Below are positions 55,261-62,988 of a stretch of DNA of 64,000 bases, one piece after another. A program made the translations under genes and the position numbers. Source of the stretch: Gemmatimonadales bacterium (GTDB taxonomy: Bacteria; Gemmatimonadota; Gemmatimonadetes; Gemmatimonadales; GWC2-71-9); assembly GCA_036558125.1 (NCBI GenBank), contig DATBGE010000082.1:5781-69780 (forward strand), given 5' to 3'. The notes below the pieces were generated by a model, which saw only the letters and a program-made list of their open reading frames with translations, searched no databases and was not told where the DNA came from. How positions within the stretch are numbered: position 1 is the stretch's first letter; each line of letters opens with the position of its first letter.

Positions 55261-55272
55261 ATTGATATCAAA
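55261..55272. promoter_or_regulatory. Second copy of the TTGATATCAA palindrome
   Basis: ATTGATATCAAA directly abuts the start codon (55260) of the minus-strand membrane-protein gene. It sits in the divergent intergenic region. Confidence 0.45.
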
Positions 55273-55382
55273 GTATCTTAGCAGCGAGCCCCCGTCAATC
55301 AGGTTAGGCGGTGTGGCTCTAGGCTGGGCCGTCCCGTTTGTGCATTTTTAAACCCGTTGCCGACAGATCCCATCATGGAGCC

Positions 55383-55763
55383 ATGACGCCGCCTGACATC
55401 CCCGAGCCTGTCCGGCGCCTCATTTTGGAGGCCATTGATTCCATCGCAGAACTCGAGGCCCTGATCCTGCTCCGCGAGACACCTGAGCAGCGCTGGACCC
55501 CGGAGGCGGTCGCGGTGCGTCTGTACGTTCCCCAGGTCGTGGCAGCTCATGCACTCGACGCCCTGTCGCGCCGGGGGTTCCTGGACGAGACGACTGGGGG
55601 CTACAGCTACCACCCAAGTTCTTCGGCCATGGTCGAGGCCGTCACGGCTCTGGCCCGCACCTATGCCACTCATCTCATTGCGGTGACCAACCTGATCCAT
55701 GCAAAGCCAAGCCCGAGCATCCAGGATTTCGCCCGGGCGTTTCGACTCCGGAAGGACTCCTGA
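55383..55763 (+). CDS. Hypothetical soluble protein (possible winged-helix)
   Basis: 126 aa from ATG 55383. It is first in a three-gene set linked by start/stop overlaps. Confidence 0.55.
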   Translation: MTPPDIPEPVRRLILEAIDSIAELEALILLRETPEQRWTPEAVAVRLYVPQVVAAHALDALSRRGFLDETTGGYSYHPSSSAMVEAVTALARTYATHLIAVTNLIHAKPSPSIQDFARAFRLRKDS

Positions 55764-56023
55764 TGGGGATCCTCGCCTATACCCTCTGCTCGGTCGCCTC
55801 GCTGCTCTGTGCCGTGCTCCTCTGGCGAGGCTATCGGCGCACCGGCACGCGGCTACTGCTCTGGAGCGCCATCTGCTTTGCCTGCTTGACGCTCAACAAC
55901 CTGCTCGTCCTGCTTGACTTGGTCATATTCCCCGAGATCGATCTTTTCCTGCCCCGGACACTCGCTGCCTTCGTGGGCATTGGAGCGCTCCTGTTCGGGC
56001 TGATCTGGGAGGACCGCAAATGA
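55763..56023 (+). CDS. Small 3-TM membrane protein (DUF5985-like), paralog 1
   Basis: TGATG overlap with the upstream stop. 86 aa with three hydrophobic helices. Confidence 0.6.
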   Translation: MGILAYTLCSVASLLCAVLLWRGYRRTGTRLLLWSAICFACLTLNNLLVLLDLVIFPEIDLFLPRTLAAFVGIGALLFGLIWEDRK

Positions 56024-56310
56024 CCTCCCTGCAGCACACACTCCTGGGCGCGGTGGCCATGGGCACTCTGGCGATCGGCCTCATCTTTCTCCGCCTGTGG
56101 CGGGATAGTGCGGACCGGTTCTTCCTTTTTTTCGCCCTCTCCTTCTTCGTCCAGGCGTTCAACCGCGTCGCGTTGTCGTTCGCTACCTCTCCGCAAGAGG
56201 GAAGCCCGTGGCACTATGGCGTGCGATTCCTCGCGTATGTGCTGATCATTCTCGCCATCGTCGACAAGAACCGAGCCCCGACGGATCCACTCGGCGCGCC
56301 CACCCGATGA
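56020..56310 (+). CDS. Small 3-TM membrane protein (DUF5985-like), paralog 2
   Basis: ATGA overlap with paralog 1. 96 aa with similar helix layout (LLWRGY.R / LRLWRDS.DR). Confidence 0.6.
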   Translation: MTSLQHTLLGAVAMGTLAIGLIFLRLWRDSADRFFLFFALSFFVQAFNRVALSFATSPQEGSPWHYGVRFLAYVLIILAIVDKNRAPTDPLGAPTR

Positions 56311-56426
56311 AGCTGGGCTGAACAGCGAGCCCGTCATGCCTGAGAGAGATGTTATACGCTGCAGGCACGGCCGCCCCGTTCCATACCCAGTGACAGCATG
56401 CTAAGTTCCTCCCGCGTTTCACCTTC

Positions 56427-56499
56427 GGGGCGGTAGCTCAGCTGGGAGAGCACCTGGTTTGCAACCAGGGGGTCGCCGGTTCGATCCCGGTCCGCTCCA
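56427..56499 (+). tRNA. tRNA-Ala (anticodon TGC)
   Basis: Cloverleaf read by hand: acceptor GGGGCGG/CCGCTCC with the G3:U70 alanine identity pair, anticodon loop TTTGCAA, and T-loop GGTTCGATCC. No encoded CCA. Confidence 0.9.
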
Positions 56500-56541
56500 C
56501 TTCCCTATAACCCATTCCGATTCAAGCTCGCCGGATCCCTG

Positions 56542-56766
56542 ATGGCGCTGGCTGCCGTCTCGTGTCTCGTCCCTCAAAGGCTGCCCGCTCAAAGCGAGGC
56601 TGCCCTCAAACAGTATTTCGAATGCCGCACCGTCACCGTCAAGCTCGACATGCCGGCGACCCAGGCGGGAATCGATGTCTGGCCAGGCACCAATCCACCA
56701 AGCGTTGTTCGTCGAGGGGATCCTGGTTCGATACTCGGTAACGTCAGAGTGACTCGTAGCTATTAG
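56542..56766 (+). pseudogene. Short ORF with signal-peptide-like start, possibly a truncated gene remnant
   Basis: The 74-aa ORF ends inside the heptamer-repeat hairpin. Coding status is uncertain. Confidence 0.25.
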
Positions 56767-56809
56767 CTGTTAGCCATTAGCGGGGAGCTAACAGCTAACA
56801 GCTAACAGC
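56759..56809. repeat. Hairpin built from GCTGTTA/TAACAGC-type heptamers (same unit as at 7442-7529)
   Basis: Left arm GCTATTAGCTGTTAGCCATTAGC, loop GGGGA, right arm GCTAACAGCTAACAGCTAACAGC (about 20 of 23 paired). It lies between convergent ORFs. Confidence 0.8.
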
Positions 56810-56823
56810 TCACAGCTCAGTCC

Positions 56824-58593
56824 TCAGTTGTCCGAGCAGCCCTTCGGTGCCACCGCCTCCGGCGCCGTCCCAGTCGTCACCGGCCCATCCACCGGCCAGT
56901 CGGTCTTCTCCGCCCATTCGGTCCAGGACGGGACGTACACCCGCACGTTGGGATACCCCAGCAGGAAGTGGAGCGCGAAGTAGGCGTGGCTCGCCTCCGT
57001 GCCGGTGTTGCAGTAGACGATGATCCACTTGTCGGCTGTGATGCCCTGCGCGGCATAGGCGGCGCGCAACTCGTCCACCGGCTTCCACACGGTTACCCCG
57101 TTGCTGGTGACCAGGTCGTCGTGCCAGAAATGGTTGACGGCGCCAGGAATGTGTCCCCGCCGAATCTGCGCGCCCGCGGTTCCCGCGAACTGATCCGCAG
57201 GCCTCACGTCCACGATCGCGAGCTCCTTGCCACCCAGCGAGTGCTGGACATGCTCTCCCTCGATCTTATCGAGCAGGAACGGATCGGTGGTGTATTTCAC
57301 CGCGGCAATTTCAGGGTAAAGCCGTGAGAGCGGCCGGTTCTCCGCGGCCCACTTGGCGTAGCCTCCGTCGAGCACATACACCTCGGGCTGGCGGAACCCT
57401 GCGAGCAACCAGGCCAGGAAGGTCGCGTTGAAGTTCTGTGCGTCACCGCTGGCGTAGATCACGACCGGACGGTCGCGCCGGACCCCAATCCGTCCCCACA
57501 ATTCGGCATAGCTCGCCGCCGGCAGGACGTCGCCCGGCGTTCCGGCCGCCGTCGCTCTCAGCGTCTCATAGTGGAGATAGACCGCGCCCGGAAGATGATT
57601 CGCGAGATAGGCATTGAGATCGCTCCGCAGATCGATCAGGGTGACGCTGTCCTTCGCGAGCCGCGCCGCCAGCGCCTCCGTGGAAATCAGCGCACCCCTG
57701 GTCGGAGCAATGCCACCTTCCACCTTGAGGTCTCGCTTAGTCCAGTCCTGATAGGACCCATCGTACAATCGCGCCTTGTAGCCGAGCAGGCGGGCGGCGA
57801 ACACTAGTGCGGTGGCCTGCTGGCCTATGTGACAGTAAGCCACGATCTCATCTCCCTTCGTTACGCCGGCCTTGGCGAACACTCCCCGCAGGGCGGAGTC
57901 CGACAGGAACCGGCCGTCGTCATCGGTAACCGTTGTGAATGGAATGCTGCGGGCGCCGGGCAGGTGTCCCGGACGGGTACCCGATCCAGCGGAGAGCCCG
58001 TTGTAGAACTGCGGATCGCGCGCATCGATCAGCCGAAACTTCGGCTGGCCGAGCCGAGCCTGGATCCACTCGGCGTTAGCGATCAGCTCGGGATGCGCAG
58101 TGCCGGCGAGCGACTGCGGCGCAGCCGCTGGCGGGACTTCGGCCGTCACCGCATTGCCGGCCGCCTTCCACGCAGGCAGGCCCCCGTCCAGAATCGAAGT
58201 GCGAGCCCCCATTCCCAGGTATTCGAACGTCAGCCACGCTCGCGTGGTGGGGCTGACCCAATCCGATCCGAAATAGAGGATGATCCGCGAATCGCGACTC
58301 ACGCCCAGGGCGGCGAAGGTCGAATCCAGTTGGGCCACGGCCGGCATCTCGAGATAGAGCCCGCCCTCCTGATCAGCCGAGATGGATTCGAAGTCGAGAA
58401 AGCGGGCGCCGGGGATGTGTTCCTTGTCGTACTCCGCCCGCTCGCCGATCTGCAGCAGGACGAGCTGGCGGTCGGCCAGGTGGGACTTGAGCCAGACCAC
58501 TGAGACGAGCATCTGGTCGCGGGGGGCGGCGAGAGCTGTAACTGGGGTCAGGAGCACCCCCGTGAGGAGCAGGGCGACCGAACGGTTCAACAT
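56824..58593 (-). CDS. Secreted sulfurtransferase with four rhodanese domains
   Basis: Signal peptide, two tandem two-domain rhodanese modules, and active-site loops YCHIGQQAT and YCNTGTEAS. Confidence 0.85.
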   Translation of the reverse strand: MLNRSVALLLTGVLLTPVTALAAPRDQMLVSVVWLKSHLADRQLVLLQIGERAEYDKEHIPGARFLDFESISADQEGGLYLEMPAVAQLDSTFAALGVSRDSRIILYFGSDWVSPTTRAWLTFEYLGMGARTSILDGGLPAWKAAGNAVTAEVPPAAAPQSLAGTAHPELIANAEWIQARLGQPKFRLIDARDPQFYNGLSAGSGTRPGHLPGARSIPFTTVTDDDGRFLSDSALRGVFAKAGVTKGDEIVAYCHIGQQATALVFAARLLGYKARLYDGSYQDWTKRDLKVEGGIAPTRGALISTEALAARLAKDSVTLIDLRSDLNAYLANHLPGAVYLHYETLRATAAGTPGDVLPAASYAELWGRIGVRRDRPVVIYASGDAQNFNATFLAWLLAGFRQPEVYVLDGGYAKWAAENRPLSRLYPEIAAVKYTTDPFLLDKIEGEHVQHSLGGKELAIVDVRPADQFAGTAGAQIRRGHIPGAVNHFWHDDLVTSNGVTVWKPVDELRAAYAAQGITADKWIIVYCNTGTEASHAYFALHFLLGYPNVRVYVPSWTEWAEKTDWPVDGPVTTGTAPEAVAPKGCSDN

Positions 58594-58633
58594 CGAGGCC
58601 TCCGGATATCGGGTTGCGTCACGATACGGAGGG

Positions 58634-58686
58634 GCGAGCGGGGAGTTGTGGTGAAACTGTGCGAAGGTGGTGCGGTTCCCGTCGGG
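58634..58686. promoter_or_regulatory. Direct-repeat element, copy A (upstream of the four-rhodanese gene)
   Basis: GCGAGCGGGGAGTTGTGGTGAAACTGTGCGAAGGTGGTGCGG, with TGTGG, TGTGC and TGGTG pentamers at 58647, 58658 and 58668. It is similar over about 35 nt to copy B. Confidence 0.5.
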
Positions 58687-59379
58687 TCAGGACTCGAACC
58701 GGTACCCGACCTTCCAGACGGTGAGGAAATGGCGGGGATCGGCTGGATTCTCCTCCAGCTTCCGGCGCAGCTCGGCCATGTGGGAGTCCACCGTGCGAGT
58801 CTGCACGTCTCCGGCAGAACCCCAGACCTCACGTAACAGCTCGATGCGACTCATCACCGCGCCTTCGCGGCGCACCAGGGCGAGCATCAGCTCGTACGCC
58901 TTGGGAGTGAGCGCGATCTGTCGCTCGCCGAGTGTCACGGTGCGGGCAGCCGGGTCGACACTGATCTGGCCGAAGCGGATCCGGGTCGCGGTATCTCCCC
59001 CCGGGGAATAGCTGGTCCTGCGAAGAATGGCGCGGACTCGCTCGAGCAGCTCCAGGAGTCCCACCGGCTTGGTCACATACTGATCGGCGTCGAGCCGGAA
59101 GCCGCGCACCTTGTCGGCTTCCTCTCCGCGGGCACTCACGATGATCACCGGTACCCGATGACCGCTGGTACGGAGTGCCTCGAGCACCTGGAACCCGCTC
59201 ATTCCCGGGAGCATCAGGTCCAGGAGAATCAAGTCGGGACTCCATTGCCGGGCGGCATCGAGTCCGGTCGGACCGTCGGAAGCCACCTGCACCACATAAC
59301 CTTCGCGTTCGAGGTTGTAGCGGAGACCGTCGGCCAGATCCGCGTTGTCCTCGACCAGAAGGATCCGGGCGCCTTTCAC
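58687..59379 (-). CDS. OmpR/PhoB-family response regulator
   Basis: Receiver motifs (LLVEDN, DLILLDLMLPG) and a winged-helix output ending TVWKVGYRF. Confidence 0.9.
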   Translation of the reverse strand: MKGARILLVEDNADLADGLRYNLEREGYVVQVASDGPTGLDAARQWSPDLILLDLMLPGMSGFQVLEALRTSGHRVPVIIVSARGEEADKVRGFRLDADQYVTKPVGLLELLERVRAILRRTSYSPGGDTATRIRFGQISVDPAARTVTLGERQIALTPKAYELMLALVRREGAVMSRIELLREVWGSAGDVQTRTVDSHMAELRRKLEENPADPRHFLTVWKVGYRFES

Positions 59380-61034
59380 GATTCGCCCGCGCCGGACTCG
59401 AGGGTGGGGAACACGACGGTGAATTCTGCCCCACCTTGAGGGGCCGACGTCACACTGACTTCACCGCCGAATCGGTCCGCTGCCGTCCTGACGATGGCGA
59501 GTCCGATCCCGCTCCCACCCACAGCGCGCGCGGCCGAGCTGGAGCCGCGGTAATAGGGCTCCCAGATCCGGTCCCGCTCGTCCTCGGGAACTCCAGGTCC
59601 CTGATCGGTCACGCTGAGCCGGGCACTGCCGTTGACCCGGGCGACACCTACGCGAACCACCTGACCAGGTGGGCCGAACTTCACAGCGTTGTCGAACAGG
59701 TTGAGCAGCAGCTGACGAAGGGTGGCCTGATCCGCGAGCACACCCACGCCAGTCGGCAGATCGGATTGAAAGGACACGTGACGCGACGCTGCGAGCGGCG
59801 CAAAGGCGGTAACCGCCTCGGCCACTTCGCGACCGAGATCCAACGGTTCGAGCGGAGCCGACGTCGGCACGCCTCGGTCCAAACGACTCACCGCGAGCAC
59901 GTTTTCGACCAGATGCTCGAGTCGCGTGGTTTCTCGCGACAAGTGACCGAGAAGCCATGCCTGCTCGGCCGGCGTGTCGTACCGCTTGAGCCGCAGCGTG
60001 TCGAGAAAGAGCCGGATCTGAGCCAGCGGCGTCCGCAACTCGTGGGAGACGCCGGCGACGAAATCGCTGCGGAGCCTCGCGAGGGCGCCCTCGCGCCGCA
60101 TCTGCGCCAGGGCCACAGCCGCGGCCCCGATACCGAGTACCGCGACCAGGAGCAGCAAAGGAAGCGGAGTCCGGGGAAGCCCGCCCGCGAGCAACGCCGG
60201 TGCCGCACCCGGAATCAGGGTGAGCCGAGTGATGAACCCGCCTCGATTCGGCGGAAGGGGTTCTTCGGCGATATAGGGCCACTCCCGCTCGCTGGCCGGC
60301 CAGTCGCGCGAGCGATAGAGCACTGATCCCGCATGATCGCGGATCTCCAGCGCGAAGAGCTCTGCGTTGGCTCGACCACCGGTCACGGTCGCAGGAAGGA
60401 GGGGCGACCCCCTAAGGACGCTGTCGAACGCGGTCACCAGGCTCAACGAATCGAAGGTGAAGCCATACACGATCGTGTCTCCCCAGGCCGTGGGCATGAT
60501 CCCGTAGGCGACGACTTGTCCGGCTCCCGGCAGGGGAACCATGCCCATCTGTCCCGGCTCGGTGTCCGATCGGACAGCCAGACCGACGAATCCCGCGATC
60601 ATTCCCTCGGTGGAGGCAGGAAGCGAGGCTCCAGCCGTGGTGACTGAATCACTGCCCAGGCGAAAGCGGAAATAAGTGGAAGGCTTCGCCGGTGGGTTGC
60701 AACGGCACTGCTCGAGATTCATCGCGAGATAGGAGGGCAGATCGTCAGCATCCGGAATCATGGAGCTCTGATGCGGTTGGCGATGGGCGATCGGATTCAA
60801 GGCAAACCAGCTGGTTTCTCCCAGCTCATTGCCCAGCCGCTCCGAGTAGCTCCAGGCGGCGAACGCGGCGTAGTCCTTGAGCAGCTGCTTGGTGTTGGCT
60901 CGCGACTTCCACGCGGCCACAACCGCGATAGATGTCGTCAGCGCGACGACGCCCAGGCTGGCGCCGAGGAGGAGGAGGGAATAGCCCGACGCTCGAGCGA
61001 GCGCGCGCTTCGGAGTCGATGACGATGCAGACAC
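59376..61034 (-). CDS. Sensor histidine kinase
   Basis: H-box SHELRTPL, N-box LLNLFDNAVKF, and G-boxes DQGPGV and GGSGIGL. Two TM helices flank a periplasmic segment of about 230 aa. Confidence 0.9.
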   Translation of the reverse strand: MSASSSTPKRALARASGYSLLLLGASLGVVALTTSIAVVAAWKSRANTKQLLKDYAAFAAWSYSERLGNELGETSWFALNPIAHRQPHQSSMIPDADDLPSYLAMNLEQCRCNPPAKPSTYFRFRLGSDSVTTAGASLPASTEGMIAGFVGLAVRSDTEPGQMGMVPLPGAGQVVAYGIMPTAWGDTIVYGFTFDSLSLVTAFDSVLRGSPLLPATVTGGRANAELFALEIRDHAGSVLYRSRDWPASEREWPYIAEEPLPPNRGGFITRLTLIPGAAPALLAGGLPRTPLPLLLLVAVLGIGAAAVALAQMRREGALARLRSDFVAGVSHELRTPLAQIRLFLDTLRLKRYDTPAEQAWLLGHLSRETTRLEHLVENVLAVSRLDRGVPTSAPLEPLDLGREVAEAVTAFAPLAASRHVSFQSDLPTGVGVLADQATLRQLLLNLFDNAVKFGPPGQVVRVGVARVNGSARLSVTDQGPGVPEDERDRIWEPYYRGSSSAARAVGGSGIGLAIVRTAADRFGGEVSVTSAPQGGAEFTVVFPTLESGAGES

Positions 61035-61065
61035 GCCTCCAGTGTCGGCAGTCGGGACACCTCTG

Positions 61066-61126
61066 GCAAGCGGGAGTTGTGGCGAAGCTGTGGAAGTAGT
61101 GTGCGAGTGCTGCGGACCCGTCGCCC
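61066..61126. promoter_or_regulatory. Direct-repeat element, copy B (between the kinase operon and sodA)
   Basis: TGTGG, TGTGG, TGTGC and TGCGG pentamers start at 61078, 61089, 61100 and 61111, exactly 11 bp apart. Confidence 0.5.
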
Positions 61127-61264
61127 AAATTCAAGGTTCTAGGTCTTTCAGAACCAAGCAGTTGGCCTCATGGTCCGGGATTGCACCAGCGGGTGGGGCC
61201 CTTCATACTTCCCCCTCGCGCCCCGGACGGCGCCAGTGTGTTGACCTTGCCTCAGGAGTACATC

Positions 61265-61879
61265 ATGGCGTTTACCTTGCCTCCACTTCCCTACGACTAC
61301 GCCGCGCTGGAGCCGCACATCGACGAACAGACGATGCGGATTCACCACGACAAGCATCACGCGGCCTACGTCAACAACCTCAATACGGCGCTCGAGCCCC
61401 ACGCCAACCTGCAATCCAAGTCCATCGAGGATTTGATCGCGAATATCGACGCACTGCCGGAGGCGATCCGCGGCCCGGTGCGAAACAACGGCGGTGGGCA
61501 CTACAATCACACGTTCTTCTGGGAGATCATGGCCCCGGGCGGAGCCAAGGAACCGGCCGGCGCCCTGGCCGACGCCATCAATAAAGGCTTCGGAGGTCTC
61601 GCCAGCTTCAAGGAACAGTTCCAGAAGGCGGGAGTCGGCCGGTTCGGCAGCGGCTGGGCCTGGCTTACGGTAGACAAGTCAGGCACCGTGGCGATCGAGA
61701 GCACTCCCAACCAGGACAGTCCCCTGATGGCCGGCAAGAGCGTCGTCCTGGGCTGCGACGTGTGGGAACACGCCTACTACCTCAAGTACCAGAATCGCCG
61801 CCCCGACTATATCGCCGCGTGGTGGAACGTGGTGAACTGGACGGTGGTGGGGAAGCGGTTCGAGAGTTTGAAGAAGTAG
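61265..61879 (+). CDS. sodA: Superoxide dismutase (Mn/Fe family, Mn-type signatures)
   Basis: The blocks [32 protein letters not shown] and [18 protein letters not shown]. Confidence 0.9.
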   Translation: MAFTLPPLPYDYAALEPHIDEQTMRIHHDKHHAAYVNNLNTALEPHANLQSKSIEDLIANIDALPEAIRGPVRNNGGGHYNHTFFWEIMAPGGAKEPAGALADAINKGFGGLASFKEQFQKAGVGRFGSGWAWLTVDKSGTVAIESTPNQDSPLMAGKSVVLGCDVWEHAYYLKYQNRRPDYIAAWWNVVNWTVVGKRFESLKK

Positions 61880-61930
61880 ACGGGAGACGGAAGACGGGAG
61901 ACGGGAGAGAGGAAAAGTCTCCCGTCTCCC
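61879..61930. terminator. Heptamer array (GACGGGA x4) that forms a bidirectional terminator hairpin
   Basis: GACGGGA GACGGAA GACGGGA GACGGGA begins in the sodA TAG. GGGAGACGGGAG (61896-61907) pairs perfectly with CTCCCGTCTCCC (61919-61930). The convergent peroxiredoxin stop is at 61931. Confidence 0.65.
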
Positions 61931-62389
61931 TCACTCCACCCCCCCCAACACCTCCAGCAGCTCCGCATTCTCCCGGCGCGTCCCCGTCGTCTCCTCGGCG
62001 AAGGCCCACCGCACAATCCCCTTGCGGTCGATGACGATGTAGGCGCGTCTGGAAAAGAACTTGTCCTCCAGCAGTACGCCGTAGGCTCGGCTCACGTCCC
62101 GCTTGAAGTCACTCAACAGGTCCACGCCGAACCGTTCCTTCGCCTTGAATTCCTTGAGCGTCGGCACCGAGTCGACACTGATCGGCAGGACGACCGTGTC
62201 GGCGGACCGGAACTGGGAGAAGTCATCGGTAAAGGCGCAGAGCTCCTTGGTGCAGGTACTGGTAAAGGCGAGGGGGAAGAAGGCGAGTAGCACTTTGTTC
62301 CCCCGAAGTTTGGAGAGAGTAACGGGCTCTCCGGAGGTCGAGGGGAGGGTGAAGTCGGGAGCGATGGTGCCGGGAGTGGAGAGAGGCAT
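61931..62389 (-). CDS. Peroxiredoxin (AhpC/TSA family)
   Basis: Active-site block FFPLAFTSTCTKELC. Confidence 0.85.
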   Translation of the reverse strand: MPLSTPGTIAPDFTLPSTSGEPVTLSKLRGNKVLLAFFPLAFTSTCTKELCAFTDDFSQFRSADTVVLPISVDSVPTLKEFKAKERFGVDLLSDFKRDVSRAYGVLLEDKFFSRRAYIVIDRKGIVRWAFAEETTGTRRENAELLEVLGGVE

Positions 62390-62395
62390 CAGGTC

Positions 62396-62430
62396 ATTGA
62401 GATTGAAGATTGAAGATCTCAGATTGACGG
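62396..62430. repeat. Tandem heptamer array (TTGAAGA-like x5)
   Basis: ATTGAGA TTGAAGA TTGAAGA TCTCAGA TTGACGG, between two minus-strand genes. Confidence 0.7.
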
Positions 62431-62443
62431 CGACGAACAGCTC

Positions 62444-62935
62444 CTAGCCCGTCCGCCTTACGAAAAACCAGTCGCCGTGCTCGATCGCCCAGTGAGTGAA
62501 ATAGGCCAGGGGCCACAGCAGCGGGAGAAACAGCGTGCAACCGTACCAGGTACTGGCAAGGCCTTCCCAGCAGCGCTCAAGAACTCGGCTGTTTGACGTT
62601 TGAGCGAACCAGAACCAGGATCCAACTACCAAGCCGAACAACGTCGCGGCGAAGTAGAGGGTCACCAGTGATGTCAGCCATCGAACACCGGTCGAGCTGT
62701 TCTCGAAGCGTGGTTGCATGAGCCGTCCGACGATGAGGCCAATCAAGGGGCTGGCGAGAACCCCGGACCAAATTCCCGGCCCCAAGGCCTTATTTCCGAG
62801 AAGGTAGACGAGCCCACCCCAACAAATTCCGGCGACTGAGTGGAGGAATGTCTCTCGAGCAGAAAGGTTCATCCCGATGTCGCCTATCAGACCAGTACGG
62901 CCCTTCCAAGGGCTAACGACTGCTGCCCTGCTCAT
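62444..62935 (-). CDS. Hypothetical polytopic membrane protein
   Basis: 163-aa hydrophobic ORF. An alternative start is MNLSA at 62872. Confidence 0.5.
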   Translation of the reverse strand: MSRAAVVSPWKGRTGLIGDIGMNLSARETFLHSVAGICWGGLVYLLGNKALGPGIWSGVLASPLIGLIVGRLMQPRFENSSTGVRWLTSLVTLYFAATLFGLVVGSWFWFAQTSNSRVLERCWEGLASTWYGCTLFLPLLWPLAYFTHWAIEHGDWFFVRRTG

Positions 62936-62956
62936 GGCCAGGGCCTAAGGCACTTT

Positions 62957-62988
62957 GCTGACCGCTGACCGCTGACGGCTGACGGCTA
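62957..62988. repeat. Tandem heptamer array (GCTGACC/G x4) ending in the aldehyde dehydrogenase stop codon
   Basis: GCTGACC GCTGACC GCTGACG GCTGACG GCTA. The final CTA is the reverse-strand TAG stop. Confidence 0.75.
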
